Origin: the human T2T-CHM13v2.0 reference genome, Homo sapiens
Reading direction: 5' to 3' (one strand)
Assembly (NCBI RefSeq): GCF_009914755.1
Contig: NC_060930.1
Length of the DNA: 64,000 nt
In this document: positions 17,900 through 31,772 of the stretch, piece by piece
Position numbering within the stretch: position 1 is the first letter of the stretch
How the letters are laid out: every line of letters begins with the position of its first letter
Program-made: the position numbers and the translations under genes
Notes under the pieces: generated by a model
Seen by the model: the letters and a program-made list of their open reading frames with translations, nothing else
Databases searched by the model: none
What the model was told of the DNA's origin: nothing

Positions 17900-19500
17900 G
17901 CATTTAGATCGTTTCCTTCTTTTCGTATTATAAGTATACATATGTATACATTATTGAATATCTATCTTCACACATTTGTTTATTTTGTATATACCCCTAA
18001 AATTGAAATGCTAAGTCAAAGAGAATGCCATATTAAATGATTTTGATATAAATCTTCACAAAAAAAATAGCCTTTTAGAAAAGTTGAACTATATTGTATG
18101 TTAGCCCAGGTTCCCACGTCACTATAAAATTATTTTTTCAACTTTATAAACTTCCTAATCTGACAGTCATATAATGGCATCTCATTTGTTTTCAGTTGCA
18201 TCCTTTACTGCTGTTGAAACTGAATATTTACTATGTTTCCCAGACATTTGTATTTCTTAATTTGCAAGTATTTAAATTCTGTCCTTTGCCCATTTTTATG
18301 TTAGAATTTTTACAGTTTTCCAAACTGATATCTTTATATTAAAACCAGTAACACATATGTGCTGCAAATACTTTTCCTGGTTCATAATTTGTATTATAAT
18401 TTTTAAAAGTATGACTTTTATAATAAAATTATTTTTATTTTGTGAAAACTTTCACTCTTTTTTTTTTTTTTTTTTTTTTTGAGACAGAGCCTCACTCTGT
18501 TTCCCAGGCTGGAACGCAGTGGCGCGATCTTGGCTCACTGCAAGCTCCGCCTCTCGGGTTCAGCCATTCTCCTGCCTCAGCCTCCCGAGTAGCTGGGACT
18601 ACAAGCGCCCGCCACCAAGCCCGGCTAATTTTTTTGTATTTTTTTAGTAGAGACGGGTTTCACCGTGTTAGCCAGGATGGTCTCGATCTCCTGACCTCGT
18701 GATCCACCCCCCTCAGCCTCCCAAAGTGCTGGGATTACAGGTGTGAGCCACCGTGCCTGGCCCACTCTTTTTTTAAAAAATAGTTTCTACATTTGGGCCA
18801 TGTTGAGAATGGTCTTCTCCACCTCAAGAAAATATAAATATTACCAACATTTTTGTGTGTTATTTTATGGTTTTACTTTAAATATTTTATAATGTTATAT
18901 GTTTATACATCAAAATTATGTTTTAACATTTAAATCTTATGTCCTGGTACAAGATGTCAGGTAGAAGTCTATTGTTATTTTTCTTTTCAAATAATTAAAC
19001 AGTTATTTCTATTATTTATTAATAACGCAATTAATCTTTGATTTTAGATATTGTATATTTTTAGCTCTAGAATTTCCATTTGGTTCCTTTGTTGACTTTC
19101 TATGTCTCCTCTGAAGTTCCCCAAATTCTTCCCATTACTTTCATCTTTTTTAGTAGGTTTGTTAACAAATTAATCGTAACTATTTTAAAGTCCTTGTCAG
19201 CTAATTTCATCATCTGATTGATCAGTCATTCTGTTTCTATCAACCATATTTTTCTCTTGGCTATGAGTAACACTTTTCTGTTTCTTCAGATGTCCAGAAA
19301 TATTTTACTGTATTAGATAACACATTGCAGAGTTGTTAAAGCCACTGTCATTTTGAGGTTAGCTATTTTGGGTTTTGTTTTGTTTTGCTTTTCTGGTAAA
19401 TACAACTGAGCCAGGTATTAATGAAATATGTTTATTTGGGTTTGTTTCTGCACTATTTCATCTTATTGATCCATTTGCCCATTGAGCTTCCAGCACAAAA
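17900..19500 (-). mobile_element. Degraded ancient L1 (L1ME/L1MC-type) fragments
   Basis: T-rich antisense L1 motifs such as ataatggcatctcatttgttttcagttgcat and ttagctctagaatttccatttgg. Confidence 0.5.
18459..18762 (-). mobile_element. AluY
   Basis: GCAAGCTCCGCCTC and CCGTGTTAGCCAGGATGG; TSD cactcttttttt. Confidence 0.95.
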
Positions 19501-20944
19501 TTCTCCTATCTTTCTCAGACAAGTACGAAGTTTTGTTCTAGCAGACAAATTAGTGGGGGATCAGATTACTGGTATGAAGATGTAGTGTCAGGCTGTTAAA
19601 ACAAATCCATTTCCATTTTGCCCTTATACCTGAGATGTGATTCTTATTTCTAATCCATGGCCTTCTGGGTTCCGTGAACAGTCTGAGATGTTTTCCAAAT
19701 ATCATTAAGCTGATGGGAATCAAAGTCCTAAACTCTATCTTCCCAATATCCATGTAGCTACCAAGATCTTTGTGCAACTTTTTTTTTTTTTTTTTTTTTT
19801 TTGCTTTCAAGCAGCTGTTGCTCCCCTGGGTTCCTTGGAGTCTTGCTCCCAACATGTGCAGTTCTAAGTCAGACAAGGCTTTGAAAAGAGTTTGTACACA
19901 GAATTTGGAGCTCTTCCTTACTTCTCTCTTCTTTCTAGGATTTCCTACCCATGACCATACCTACCAGTACAAAGGCAAAGGAAGATCTTTATTCCAGGTG
20001 GCATGTATTCAGCTAACTGGTGGTCACCTTTAAATTTCAATTGTATTTTAACATATATTTCTCTATCAAGGTAAAAAAACATTTATTGACATCCACATGT
20101 AAAGAGAAAGATTAATATACTTTTAACTCCTTCTTTACCCCATCTCCAAGTTTTTGTAAAGTAATGTCTTTTAAAAAATCTAGAATGTAATTTTCTTTAT
20201 TTTCTTTTTGTATATTACGTATCTTCTAATTTAATATGTTATATTTTTGACATTTAAATTAAGGTACATTAACATTTGTTCACATTTTTCTTATTTCTAA
20301 TTTTAAAATTTTTTATCTGAATTCTTTATTTTTAAATTATAAAAGTTGTAAGATTATAGAAGTTTGGAAAATAGAAAACTCCAACAACTATTTTATTTTT
20401 TGCATATTCATTTTAGTCTTTATCTGTTGATACTTTTAGATTTCCCCTCTTTCTAACTCTCATTCCCACATCAACCAGTAGATACCTTTATAGTCTAGAT
20501 TTATAGAAGTTTTAAAACTCTGCTTAGGGACACCAACAAATGATGAGATTAGCCAGCGATCTATAGTTTGGGACATCAGTCATATGGGCTGCTCTATTTC
20601 TAAAAATCCTTCTCTCTGTCTGACACCATGACAGGGAATCTTCCCTTCTATTCCTGCTCTGCAGATACCCAATGGACAGAGTCCTTGTCCAAGTCCTGCA
20701 GGTCAGTTAGTGTCTCCTGCTGTACATTTGGGAAATAATACTCCATAGGCTTGGCTCCCATTTGGTTTTATTTGACATGGTGAGCCAGTAGCAACTCCAT
20801 TTGGCTTAATTGGCCACCCTTAATTCTTTAGCTGTCATATTGTCCAGTGTAATGACTGGCAGAGACAATTCTTTCATTGTTGGTTAAACTCCAGTTACTG
20901 ATTTAGAAAAGGGTTTCTCCAAAGATGTATTATTCTTTTTATTT

Positions 20945-20965
20945 TGTGTGTGTGTGTGTGTGTGT
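20945..20965. repeat. (TG)n microsatellite
   Basis: Direct reading. Confidence 0.95.
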
Positions 20966-21439
20966 AATTTCTACTTTTATTTTAGATTCAAGGGGTAAAT
21001 GTATATACCCAGAGGAAAATAAATCCTTCTACCAAAAGACATCTGCACTCATCGCAGAACTATGCACAATAGCAAAGACATGGAATCAATAAATGCCCAT
21101 CAACAGTGGATTGGATACATACCAGCAAATGTGGTATGTGTACACCATGAAATATACACATCCAGTAAAAAAGAACAGAATCATGTCCTTTGCTGCTACA
21201 TAGATACAGCTGGAGGCCATTATCCTAAGCAAATTAATGCAGGAGCAGAAAACCAAATACCTCATGCTCTCACTTATAAGTGAGAGCTAAACGTGGGGTA
21301 TACATGGACATAAAGATGGCAACAATAGATACTGGGGACCACTAGGTGGGGGAGAGAAGGTGGGAGCAAGAGCTGAAAAACTACCTATTGGGTACTAAGC
21401 TCACTACCTGGGTGATGAGATCATTCCTACCTCAAACCC
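20966..21439. mobile_element. L1PA17/L1PB-type 3' fragment with inversion (20966-21002 minus; 21001-21439 plus)
   Basis: Extreme L1 3' end in antisense, joined to a sense 3' UTR segment ending CTCAAACC. Confidence 0.75.
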
Positions 21440-22480
21440 ATTTCTAATATTTAATTAACATTCATCTTTATGTAACAATTTCAGGAAAGGTAAGCAGATA
21501 AAACTCTTTTTGAGCTTTTGCTTGTCTGCAAATGCCTCTAGGTTGCTCCTGCAATGAACAATGGCTTATCAGGAAACATAATTTCTTCTGCCATAACTCT
21601 GTTGACATATCTTCTTTGTCTTCTAGCATTTGGTTTTACAAAAGTATGGCAATGACTCACAGTCTTTTATGAGAACCTCTGAGTGGATGCTAGAATAATT
21701 TCCCCCTTTTGTTCTGAAATTTGATTTACTAAAATATGTCTCTTTTTATTTTAATTTTTGGTATTTTATGGGTCTTTTTATTGTGAAGACCAAGTCTTCT
21801 TTAAACTCCTGGAAATGATCTTTTGTGATTTTTTAAAAATTTTAAATTTTCTTTTCAGGTTCTCAGTTTTTTTTCCATTTGTGGCAGTGTTTCCCAAAAT
21901 TTCCTTATCATTAAAAGCATTTAATGTTTATATTTTGAAAAATAAATATGCCTAAATTGAATCCCAGACATACTGAACTTGTGTCTCTGGGGAGAGACCA
22001 AGGACGCAGAATTTTAAACAAGTTTGTGGGTGGCTGTTATACTCATATGGTTGGGAAACAGTTTTATGTATTTGTTATTCTGCCTAGATTTGACTTTCTG
22101 GCTCTATTCTCTATGTTGTATATGCCCCATTCCTTGTAATAACTCCTCTTTTTCTTTCTTTGCATTCTCTGATCATTTCTTGAACTGCTCTTCCAATTCA
22201 CTGATCCAGTTTTCTGTGGTATCTGATGTTGAATGATTCTATTGTTTTTATGGGTCACCTGAAATAAGTTTTTCCTAATTTCTAATTCCTCTGGTTATAT
22301 AAATGCCAGTTCTCCTTGAATCTGGTTGAGTTTTTTTTAAGAAAAACTGTCATTTCTCCTAAAGATGTCAGATCCACAGGAGCCATGTCTGACTTGTCTT
22401 CTTCCTTTGAATTAATGAATAATGTCACCTGTACAGTGATTTTATTGTAGTTATAAGCCATTAGAGAAATTAACTTTTCA

Positions 22481-22805
22481 GCCAGACATGGTAGTTCATA
22501 TAATTTTTCAATGCTGTAATTCCAGCGTTTTGAGAGGCCAAGGCAGGAGGATCCCTTGAAGCCAGAAGTTCAAAGCCACTTTGGGAAAAATAGAAAGATC
22601 CCCTCTCTACAAAACTTTTTTTTACAGCTGGGTGTGACGGTGTGCACATGTAGTCCCACCTGCTAAGGAGGATGAGGTGGGAGGATGACTTGGGCCGATG
22701 AATTAAAGGCTACAGTGAGCTATGATTGCACCTTTGCATGCCAGCCTGGACAACAGAGCAAGACCCGGTCTCAAAAAAAAAAAAAAGAGAGAGAGAGAGA
22801 AAAAA
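22481..22805 (+). mobile_element. AluJ
   Basis: GGAGGATCCCTTG and GCTACAGTGAGCTATGAT; A/GA tail; degenerate TSD ending aacttttc. Confidence 0.88.
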
Positions 22806-23134
22806 GATATAAACTTTTCCACTGTTAGAGATATGTTCATGTCTTTATTTAGACTAGATGGGGAAAAGGAAATCTTGGTGTTTCTATAGGTTTTGCCTGA
22901 GTCGTATAAAAGGAACTTCAACTAAATAGCAAAGACTAGCTATGAAGAAAACATTTTAATTTTTTTAATATTTGTTTAGCATCTCTAAGCTATCTGGGTC
23001 TGCAGCCCTCCTTTTCAATGAGGGTCCACTCCAAGTGCAACCAAGTAGTGTGAGTGCTTTTACTAGTTGTTTTTTGAATAATTATGCTTTCTATAAATAT
23101 TTAACTTTAACCATGTGAAAGTATATAGATATAC

Positions 23135-23600
23135 ACTATGTAACAGGATCTTGAGAATATAGCAGTAAAATAAAATAAATCCATTTTCATGGCTTCATGA
23201 AGCCTACAGTCTTGTGAGAAAAATAGATATTACACTAATAACTACCTAATTATGATTGTGATTATCACAATAATAAAAAGTTACATTATACATTAAAAGC
23301 ATTTTAAATTATATTTTATTCTGTCTAGGGGATGAAAAAAGGTTTTTCTAGGAATGTGATACTGAAGTTGAGACTTGAAAGATCTAAAAGAGTATTTGGT
23401 GTGAAAGGAGCACGTGTATTTGATCGTGCAAATGAAATATCATAACCAAAGGGGAGAATGACTCAAGAGTTGACAAGAGAGACAGACAGGCTCTTGTCAG
23501 TCATGCTAAAAATCTTCACATTTTTCCAAGAGCACCGAGAAGCTAGAGGAAAATTTTAGAAACAGTGACCCAATCAGTCTGGGGTTTGCTGGTACTTTCT
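23135..23600 (-). mobile_element. L2 fragment
   Basis: gaatatagcagtaaa...catgaagcctacagtct and gatactgaagttgagacttgaaag resemble antisense L2. Confidence 0.6.
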
Positions 23601-24089
23601 GAAATCCTGATAGAGTGAAGTATGACCCCTTCTCCCTCACTGAGCACCCATGACTCCCTCTTACTTCCAGGCATGGCCATTCTCAGAGAGGGGAGACGTT
23701 GAGATTACTATGAGAGATGGCATTAACTTATGCCCAAGAAGGGCCTTCCTAGACATGTATTTTATTGTGCGCTATTTGTTTTCCTCACTCTGGCCCTCTC
23801 TGCACAGCATCTTGAAGACACATGACTTATTCTCAGTCAGCTTTCCTGTTTTCCAGCTCCTATCATAGTTTCTTCAATGACTTTTAAATATTTCTTTCAT
23901 TATTTCATGACAGTTGGTTGAGGGGGGTGGTCATTAAACATACAGTGCTTAAATCATCTTGAGATGAAATGATTTTTTCACAGACAATATATTATTTTTA
24001 AATGTGGTAATCTGGGTGTCTGGTAGTTATCTGCATGCTCATTCCACTACAGGCTGACTGGCAGTAGCAAATCTGAAAGGAATAAGGAA

Positions 24090-24385
24090 TTTACCTTACA
24101 AATTTACTTGCACACTGCAAAACAGTTATTTATTGCAACATTGTAAGAGCAAAAATTGGAAACAACTCAAATGTTCATGAATAAGGAAAATTATGCTACA
24201 CCGACACAATGGAATACTATACAACTCTTTAGAAGGAAGCTCTCTAAATACTGACATGAGAAGATCTCCAAGATCAGATTCAGTGAAAAATTCAAGATTC
24301 AGGTCAGCGTACATAAGCAGATGAGAAAATAGACATCCATATTAGGGTTTCATTGTATCTGCATAAAGAATGCTGAAAGGATACA

Positions 24386-24431
<46 letters not shown>

Positions 24432-24560
24432 AAAATGGTTACTTATAGGGGACGGAAAGAAACAAGTAGGAGCAAAACTTCTCAATGTAAGCCTCTTTAT
24501 ATTATGTTGATTTTTGAGACATTATTTATTAGAAAAATGAATAAAATAAATATTAAAAAG
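24090..24560 (+). mobile_element. L1ME 3' end fragment containing a (CA)n run at ~24382-24426
   Basis: aaaattggaaacaactcaaatgttc...acaatggaatactat. Confidence 0.65.
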
Positions 24561-24917
24561 CATAAATATTTAAATAAATGAAGTGGAAGTACTAAGGGAA
24601 GCTACAGGAAGCCTACATTTTTTTAAAAACTATTAAACATATTATCTTTAGCAGTGGAACTAGCTGGCCATTCAATTCTCGTTTGTTTAGGATTTCTAAC
24701 TGAAAATCACCTTTTAAATAAGAGTTTCTAACAATTCCTTTAGGATTTTACTCTAATGTGTTAGCTCTTTATTAAAGTAACTATGCAGTACCTGCATCAC
24801 ACTCCGGTTTCAGAAAAGCAACAAGATTAGGCAAAGGAGAATCAGAGAACTTGATCAATACACTGCAAACTTAACAACTATACCAATTTCTAACCTCATG
24901 TTTCCTAATGAAAGGCC

Positions 24918-24962
<45 letters not shown>
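24918..24962. repeat. Compound (TA)n(TG)n microsatellite
   Basis: Direct reading. Confidence 0.95.
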
Positions 24963-24963
<1 letters not shown>

Positions 24964-25808
24964 TTTATTATCACTTATGCCAAGTTTCACACATCATGAT
25001 GGAATTTCCAAATAGTCATGTACCTTCTTAAAAACAACTTTGTCCAGATAGCAGTGTAATTCAGAGACATAAAGTCCTATCTTGGTTCCAAACTATATAA
25101 ATTAAAGGAATATCGATCTTGAAATACTAGTACAGTAAATAAGTGAGGCTTTAGCCAGCATTGCCACAGGCATTGTTAGAACTTTTGTCTTCATAATGGT
25201 CTCCCAAGCAAGCACTTAAATGGTGAAGCCCATTAGCTTTATAGAAATCAACTTTGTCAACTTATTGACAGATTTCTTTAAGCACAGATCTCTTTCTTGA
25301 GTCTGATTACTTGCCCTGGCATAGTGATGACAAAGTGCACCATATTATCAAAACACTCATTTAAAGTAGCTATAAACACTCACCTACAAAATGGATGCAG
25401 GTGCAAAAATAGTACTATTTTCTAACTGCCTCTTTTTTTCTGTTATGCACACTAGCCTGCAGGCAAAAACAGAGTATTCCTTGAAGAAACGGCAGAACAT
25501 GAATTCACTAGTATTAATTGCCTTACTACCAAGAACACCAAGGCATTTTTAATTGACAAACAAGTTGAAAATAGTCTTCATTGTATAAAAGACTCTTGCA
25601 CAGATAGTATTTTAAAGAAAAAAAATGGAACATGACATTGGAATTCTGCAGGAGAAGTAGTTATAGCCCATCCTTGTAGAAATATTTGCAGATTTAACGA
25701 GACGTTATTTTCATAATGTGATTTCAATGAATACGAGATGAATTACTAAATATTATTTAGCATAAAAAATAGTTATTTTGATGATGGAAACTTTCTCAAG
25801 ATGATCTT

Positions 25809-26171
25809 TGCAATGGATGAAATGTTTGTGTCTCCCCAAAATGCATATGTTGAAATCTTAATTCCCAAAGCGATGGTATTAAGTGGTGGGGAGTTTGAGA
25901 GGAGATTAGGGCATGAGAGTGAAGCCCTCATAAATGGGATTAATGTTTCTATAAATGGAACCCCAGAGACTTCTCTGGCCCTCTTTCTGCCATGTGAGGA
26001 TACAGTAAGTCTGCAGTGAGTAAGCTAAAAGACGGCCCTCACCAGAACCTACTATGCTGCCACCTTGATCTCAAACTTCCAGCCTCCAAAACTGCGAGAA
26101 ATAAATTTTGGTTGTTTATAAGCCACCCAGTTTATAGTACTTTGTTATAACAGCCTGAATTGACTAAGACA
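25809..26171 (+). mobile_element. MLT1A0-type MaLR solo LTR
   Basis: TG...CTAAGACA termini, AATAAA, 5-bp TSD atctt/atctc. Confidence 0.88.
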
Positions 26172-26853
26172 ATCTCTTTATTCAGAAAGAGCATTGGTCT
26201 AGAAATGAGGCCAAAACAAAACACCAAGCAGAGTATCTGACACCCAGCAACTTAGTAAGTGTTCACTGAATTAAAATCAGAATTGTGTTTTGAATCTGCC
26301 ACTCACCACTTTGTGAGCTTGGATATTTTGTATCTGTATCACACAGCTTTCTCATCTAATGTAATGCTATCTGCCTCATAGAATAACATGTTACAATGTA
26401 TATAAACATTTGAATTGTTTAAAAGGAACACATTATCTCAACATTTTACTAACACTTAGAAATTACAGTTTTATTTTGAGATGTCAGAGAACATGTTGGA
26501 ATGAGCCCAACAGTTAGCTATTTGCTTTAATTTACATGCTTGTGTGGACAAAACATTAACATAATTGATAGGATTTCACCATTTGGCATTATGTAGATAG
26601 AACTAGAAAAAATAAGCTGAGTTCCATAATTTTCTGTTTATCCCAACAGTCTTAAGCTCTAAGCAACAAAGGGCTTCCTCATGTCAGTTCAGCCCTCCCA
26701 GCACCTCAGCAAAATATTAATCGAGGGATCAAAGGTAGTGTTTCTGCTGGGATCTAGCTATTCCTCAGGTGGGTTCTGAGCATCCCATATACACCAAACT
26801 GAATCGTCCTTTTTTATTCAGTTCTTCCTCATGACTTTGCCTTGATTTTCTGA

Positions 26854-27268
<415 letters not shown>

Positions 27269-27477
27269 TAACCTAATTAAGAAAACCTGTAAGTTTTCTT
27301 AATTAGGACCCTGATGCCCTGCCTAGTTCTTACTAGTAACCTCCTGGCAAAATTTAGAGTCAATTCTCTCTATCTATGTCCCCCTACTCTCATTCCTGTC
27401 ATGTCCAGGCACTGGTGAGAGAGCTGATTCAGCATGAACTAACCTTTGAAGAGCTATAATATCACCACTTGCCATAC

Positions 27478-29078
27478 TGAGAGGTGACAGCACGCTGGCA
27501 GCCCTCACAGCCCTCGTTCGCTCTTGGCGCCTCCTCTGCCTCGGCGTCCACTCTGGCCATGCTCGGGGAGTCCTTCAGCCTGCCACTGTGCTGTGGGGGC
27601 TCCTCTCTAGGCTGGTTGAGGATGGAGCCAGCTCCCTCAGCTTGCTAGGAGGTGTGGAGGGAGACGCATGGGCAGGAACCGGGGCTGCGCCTGGCGCTTG
27701 CGGGCCAGCTAGAGTTCCAGATGGGCGTGGGCTTGGTGGGCCCTGCACTCAGAGCGGGCAGCCGGCCCCACTGGCCCCGGGCACTGAGGGGCTTAGCACC
27801 TGGGCCAGCAGCTGTGGAGGGTGCACTGGGTCCCCCAGCAGTGCCAGCCCACCAGCGCTGCACTCAATTTCTCGCCGGGCCTTAGCTGCCTCCCTGCGGG
27901 GCAGGGCTCGGGACCTGTAGCCCACCATGCCTGGGCCTTCCTCCGCCCCCACCCTGCCGTGGGCTCCTGTGCAGCCCAAGCCTCTGCAGTGAGCACCGCC
28001 CCCTGCTCCACGGCGCCTGGTCCCATCAATCACCCAAGGGCTGAGGAGTGCAGGCACATGGCGCAGGACTGGCAGGCAGCTCCACCTGCGGCCCTGGTGT
28101 GGGATCCACTGGGTGAAGCCAGCTGGATGCCTGAGTCTGGTGGGGACTTGGAGAACCTTTATATCTAGCTAAGGGATTGTAAACACACCAATCAGCACCC
28201 TGTGTCTAGCTCAGGGTTTGTGGATGCACCAATCGGCACTCTGTATCTAGCTAATCTGGTGGGGACTTGGAGAATCTGTATGTCTAGCTAGGGATTGTGA
28301 ATACACCAGTTGGCACTCTGTATCTAGCTCAAGGTTTGTAAATGCACCAATCAGCACTCTGTGTCTAGCTCAAGGTTTATAAATGCACCAGTCTGTGCTC
28401 TGTGTCTAGCTGATATGGTGGGGACTTGGAGAACCTTTATGTCTAGCTAAGGGATTGTGAATACACCAATTGGCACTCTGTATCAAGCTCAAGGTTTGTA
28501 AATACACCAATCAGCACTCTGTGTCTAGGTCAGGGTTTGTAAATACACCTATCAGTACTCTGTATCTAGCTAATCTAGTGGGGACATGGAGAACTTTTGT
28601 GTCTAGCTCAGGGATTGTAAATGCACCAGTCAGCACCCTGTCAAAATGGACCAATCAGTTCTCTGAAAAACAGACCAATCGGCTCTCTGTAAAATGGACC
28701 AATCAGCAGGATGTGGGTGGGGCCAGGTAAGAGAATAAAAGCAGGCTGCCCGAGCCAGCAGTGGCAACCCGCTCGGGTCCCCTTCCGCACTGTGGAAGCT
28801 TTGTTCTTTCGCTCTTTGCAATAAATCTTGTTGCTGCTCACTCTTAGGGTCCACGCTGCTTTTATGAGCTGTAACACTCACCACAAAGATCTGCAGCTTC
28901 ACTCCTGAAGCAAGTGAGACCACAAACCCACCAGAAGGAAGAAATTCCAAACACATCCAAACCTCAGAAGGAACAAACTCCAGACATGCCACCTTTAAGA
29001 ATTGTAATACTGACCGCGAGTTTCCATGGCTTCATTCTTGAAGTCAGTGAGATCAAGAACCCACCAATTTCGGACACA
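27478..29078 (+). promoter_or_regulatory. 5' LTR12 (1.6 kb) with tandem CCAAT/GATA enhancer repeats, AATAAAA TATA-like box (~28734) and polyA signal
   Basis: About eight intact CCAAT motifs in 28188-28705 within TCTAGCT-containing repeats; ends CGGACACA. Confidence 0.92.
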
Positions 29079-29081
29079 TTT

Positions 29082-29099
29082 TGGCGACCCAGATGGGAC
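29082..29099 (+). other. Primer-binding site for tRNA-Arg
   Basis: TGGCGACCCAGATGGGAC directly after the LTR; complementary to a tRNA-Arg 3' end, as known for ERV9. Confidence 0.85.
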
Positions 29100-30329
29100 T
29101 ATCACCTATCACTGAGCAGCGAGACAGTCACCTATCACCAAGTGGTGAGACCATTGCCTATTGCTGAGCAGTGAGACTGTCACCTATCGCCAAGCAGTGA
29201 GTACCATCGGACTCCTTTCGCTTACTATTCTGTCCTATTTTTCCTTAGAATTCGGGAGCTAAATACTGGGCACCTGTCGGCCAGTAAAAAGCAACTAGCA
29301 TGGCTGCCAGACTAAAGACATGGGTGTCAGGCTTTCTGGGAAAGGGCTCTCTAACAACCCCTGACTCTTCAGAGTTGGGAGCATTGGTTTGCCTAGAACC
29401 AGCTTCTGCTTTTCCTGTACTTCCGGGCTGAGCTGAGGGTTGACAGAGAGGAAAGCCATGCAGCTCCCGGGTCCCAACAACAAGTTGGTTGACCCTGCAG
29501 CCATGAGCAGAACTCTCAAAGGCATGTCACCCAAGAGAGACTCGCCCATCTATCCTATCTATCCTGACCCTTGACCCTGGGTCCTAATGCCTGCCAGACA
29601 AACTTCCTCTCGCCTCTCTTCTCTGAGGCTAGTCCCGCTTCTAAAAATCACTCCCTGTCTCTGGTGCTTTTCTAGTTTCTCCTATAATGACTTCTAGTAT
29701 AAACTCTGTTACCTTCTTTAGGCACCCGGGCTCACCAATCAGAAAGACATAATTTTTGCCCAAAGCCCCATCGTAGTGGGGACTACCTGGAATTTTAGGA
29801 TCCCTCCTCAGACTAACAGGCCTAACAAAACCTATTCCTGAAGCTAGGATATGAGGAGCCTCAGGAATTGTATCCTTCCTATTCATATAAGTGAGGACAA
29901 AAGGTGTCACTCTTCCAACCCTGGAGATCCCTTCCCTCCCTCAGGGTATGGCCCTCCACTTCATTTTAGGGGCATAACATCTTTATAGGACAGGGGTAAA
30001 GTCCCAGTACTAACAGGAGAATGCTTAGGACTCTAACAGGTTTTTGAGAATGCGCCAGTAAGGGCCACTAAATCCGACTTTTCTTGGTCGGTCCTCCTTG
30101 TGGTCTAGGAGGACAGGCAAGGGTGCAGGTTTTCAAGACTGCGTCAGTAAGGGCCCACTAAATCCAAGCTTCCTTGGTCCTCTATGTGCTCTGGGAGGAA
30201 AACTAGTGTTTCTGCTGCTGCGTCAGTGAGCGCAACTATTCTGACCAGCAGTGTCCAGGGACCGTTGCAGGTTCTTGGGCAGGGGGAGAAACAAAACAAA
30301 CCAAAACTGTGGGCAGTTTTGTCTTTCAG

Positions 30330-31772
30330 ATGGGAAACACTCAGGCATCAACAGGCTCACCCTTGAAATGCATCCTAAGCCATTGGGACCCATTTGACCC
30401 ACAAACCCTAAAAAAGAGGTGGCTCTTTTTTCTGCACTATGGCTTGGCCCCAATATTCTCTCTCTGATGGGGAAAAATGGCCACCTGAGGGAAGTACAAA
30501 TTACAATACTATCCTGCATCTTGACCTTTTCTGTAAGAGGGAAGGCAAATGGAGTGAAATACCTTATGTCCAAGCTTTCTTTTCATTGAGGGAGAATACA
30601 CAACTATGCAAAGCTTACAATTCACATCCCACAGGAGGACCTCTCAGCTTACCTCCATACCCCAGCCTCCCTATATCTCCCCTTCCTATTAATGATAATC
30701 CTGCTCTAATCTCCCCTGCCCAGAAGGAAATAAGCAAAGAAATCTCCAAAGGACCACAAAAACTCCCAGGCTATAGGTTATGTCCCCTTCAAGCTGTAGG
30801 GGGAGGGGAATTTGGCCCAACCCAGATACATGTCCCCTTCCCTCTCTGATTCAAAGCAGATCAAGGCAGACCTGGGGAAGTTTTCAGATGATCCTGATAG
30901 GTACATAGATGTCCTGCAGGGTCTAGGGCAAACCTTCGACCTCGCTTGGAGAGATGTCATGCTACTGTTAGATTAAATGCTGGCCTTTAATGAAAAGAAT
31001 GCAGCTTTAGCTGCAGCCTGAGAGTTTGGAGATACCTGATATCTTAGTCAAGTAAATGATAGAATGACAGCCAAAGAAAGGGACGAATTCCCTACCAGTC
31101 AACAAGCCATCCCCGGTATGGATCCCCACTGGGACCTTGACTCAGATCATGGGGACTGGAGTCGTAAACATCTGTTGACCTGTATTCTAGATGGACTAAG
31201 GAGAATTAGAAAAAAGCCCATGAATTATTCAATGATGTCCACCATAACTCAGGGAAATGAAGAAAATCTTTCTGCCTTCCTCGAAGGGCTACAGGAGGCC
31301 TTAAGAAAATATACTCCCCTGTCACCTGAATCACTCGAGGGTCAATTGATTTTAAAGATAAATTTATTATCCAATGAGCCACAGATATCAGGAGAAAGCT
31401 CCAAAAGCAAGCCCTGGGCCCTGAACAAAATCTAGAGGCATTATTAAACCTGGCAACCTCAGTGTTCTATAATAGGGACCAAGAGGAACAGGCCCAAAAT
31501 CAGAGAAAGGCCACAGCCTTAGTCATGGCCCTCAGACAAACAAACCTTGGTGGTTCAGAGAGGACAGAAAATGGTGCAGGCCAATCACCCGGTAGGGCTT
31601 GTTATATGTGTGGCTTACTAGGACACTTTAAAAAAGATTGTCCAATGAGAAACAAGCTGCCCCCTCATCCATGTCCACTATGCTGAGGCAATCACTGGAA
31701 GGTGCACTTCCCCAGAGGATGAAGGTTCTCTGAGTCAGAAGCCCCCAACCAGATGATCCAACAACAGGATTG
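30330..31772 (+). pseudogene. gag: HERV9 gag (disrupted)
   Basis: MGNTQAS start, WPPEGS, zinc knuckle CYMCGLLGHFKKDC; multiple stops and frameshifts. Confidence 0.92.

Noticed and set aside
27588-28168. Several overlapping GC-rich ORFs of 70-115 aa
   Set aside because: They lie in the GC-rich U3 of LTR12, where stop codons are scarce; no domain similarity
28140-28710. Regularly spaced repeats that superficially resemble a CRISPR array
   Set aside because: These are the known LTR12 tandem enhancer repeats; no unique spacers or cas genes, and the context is eukaryotic
29098-29205. ~26-bp tandem repeats after the PBS, and a ~90-bp duplication at ~30035-30200
   Set aside because: Ordinary features of the ERV9 leader as I recall it
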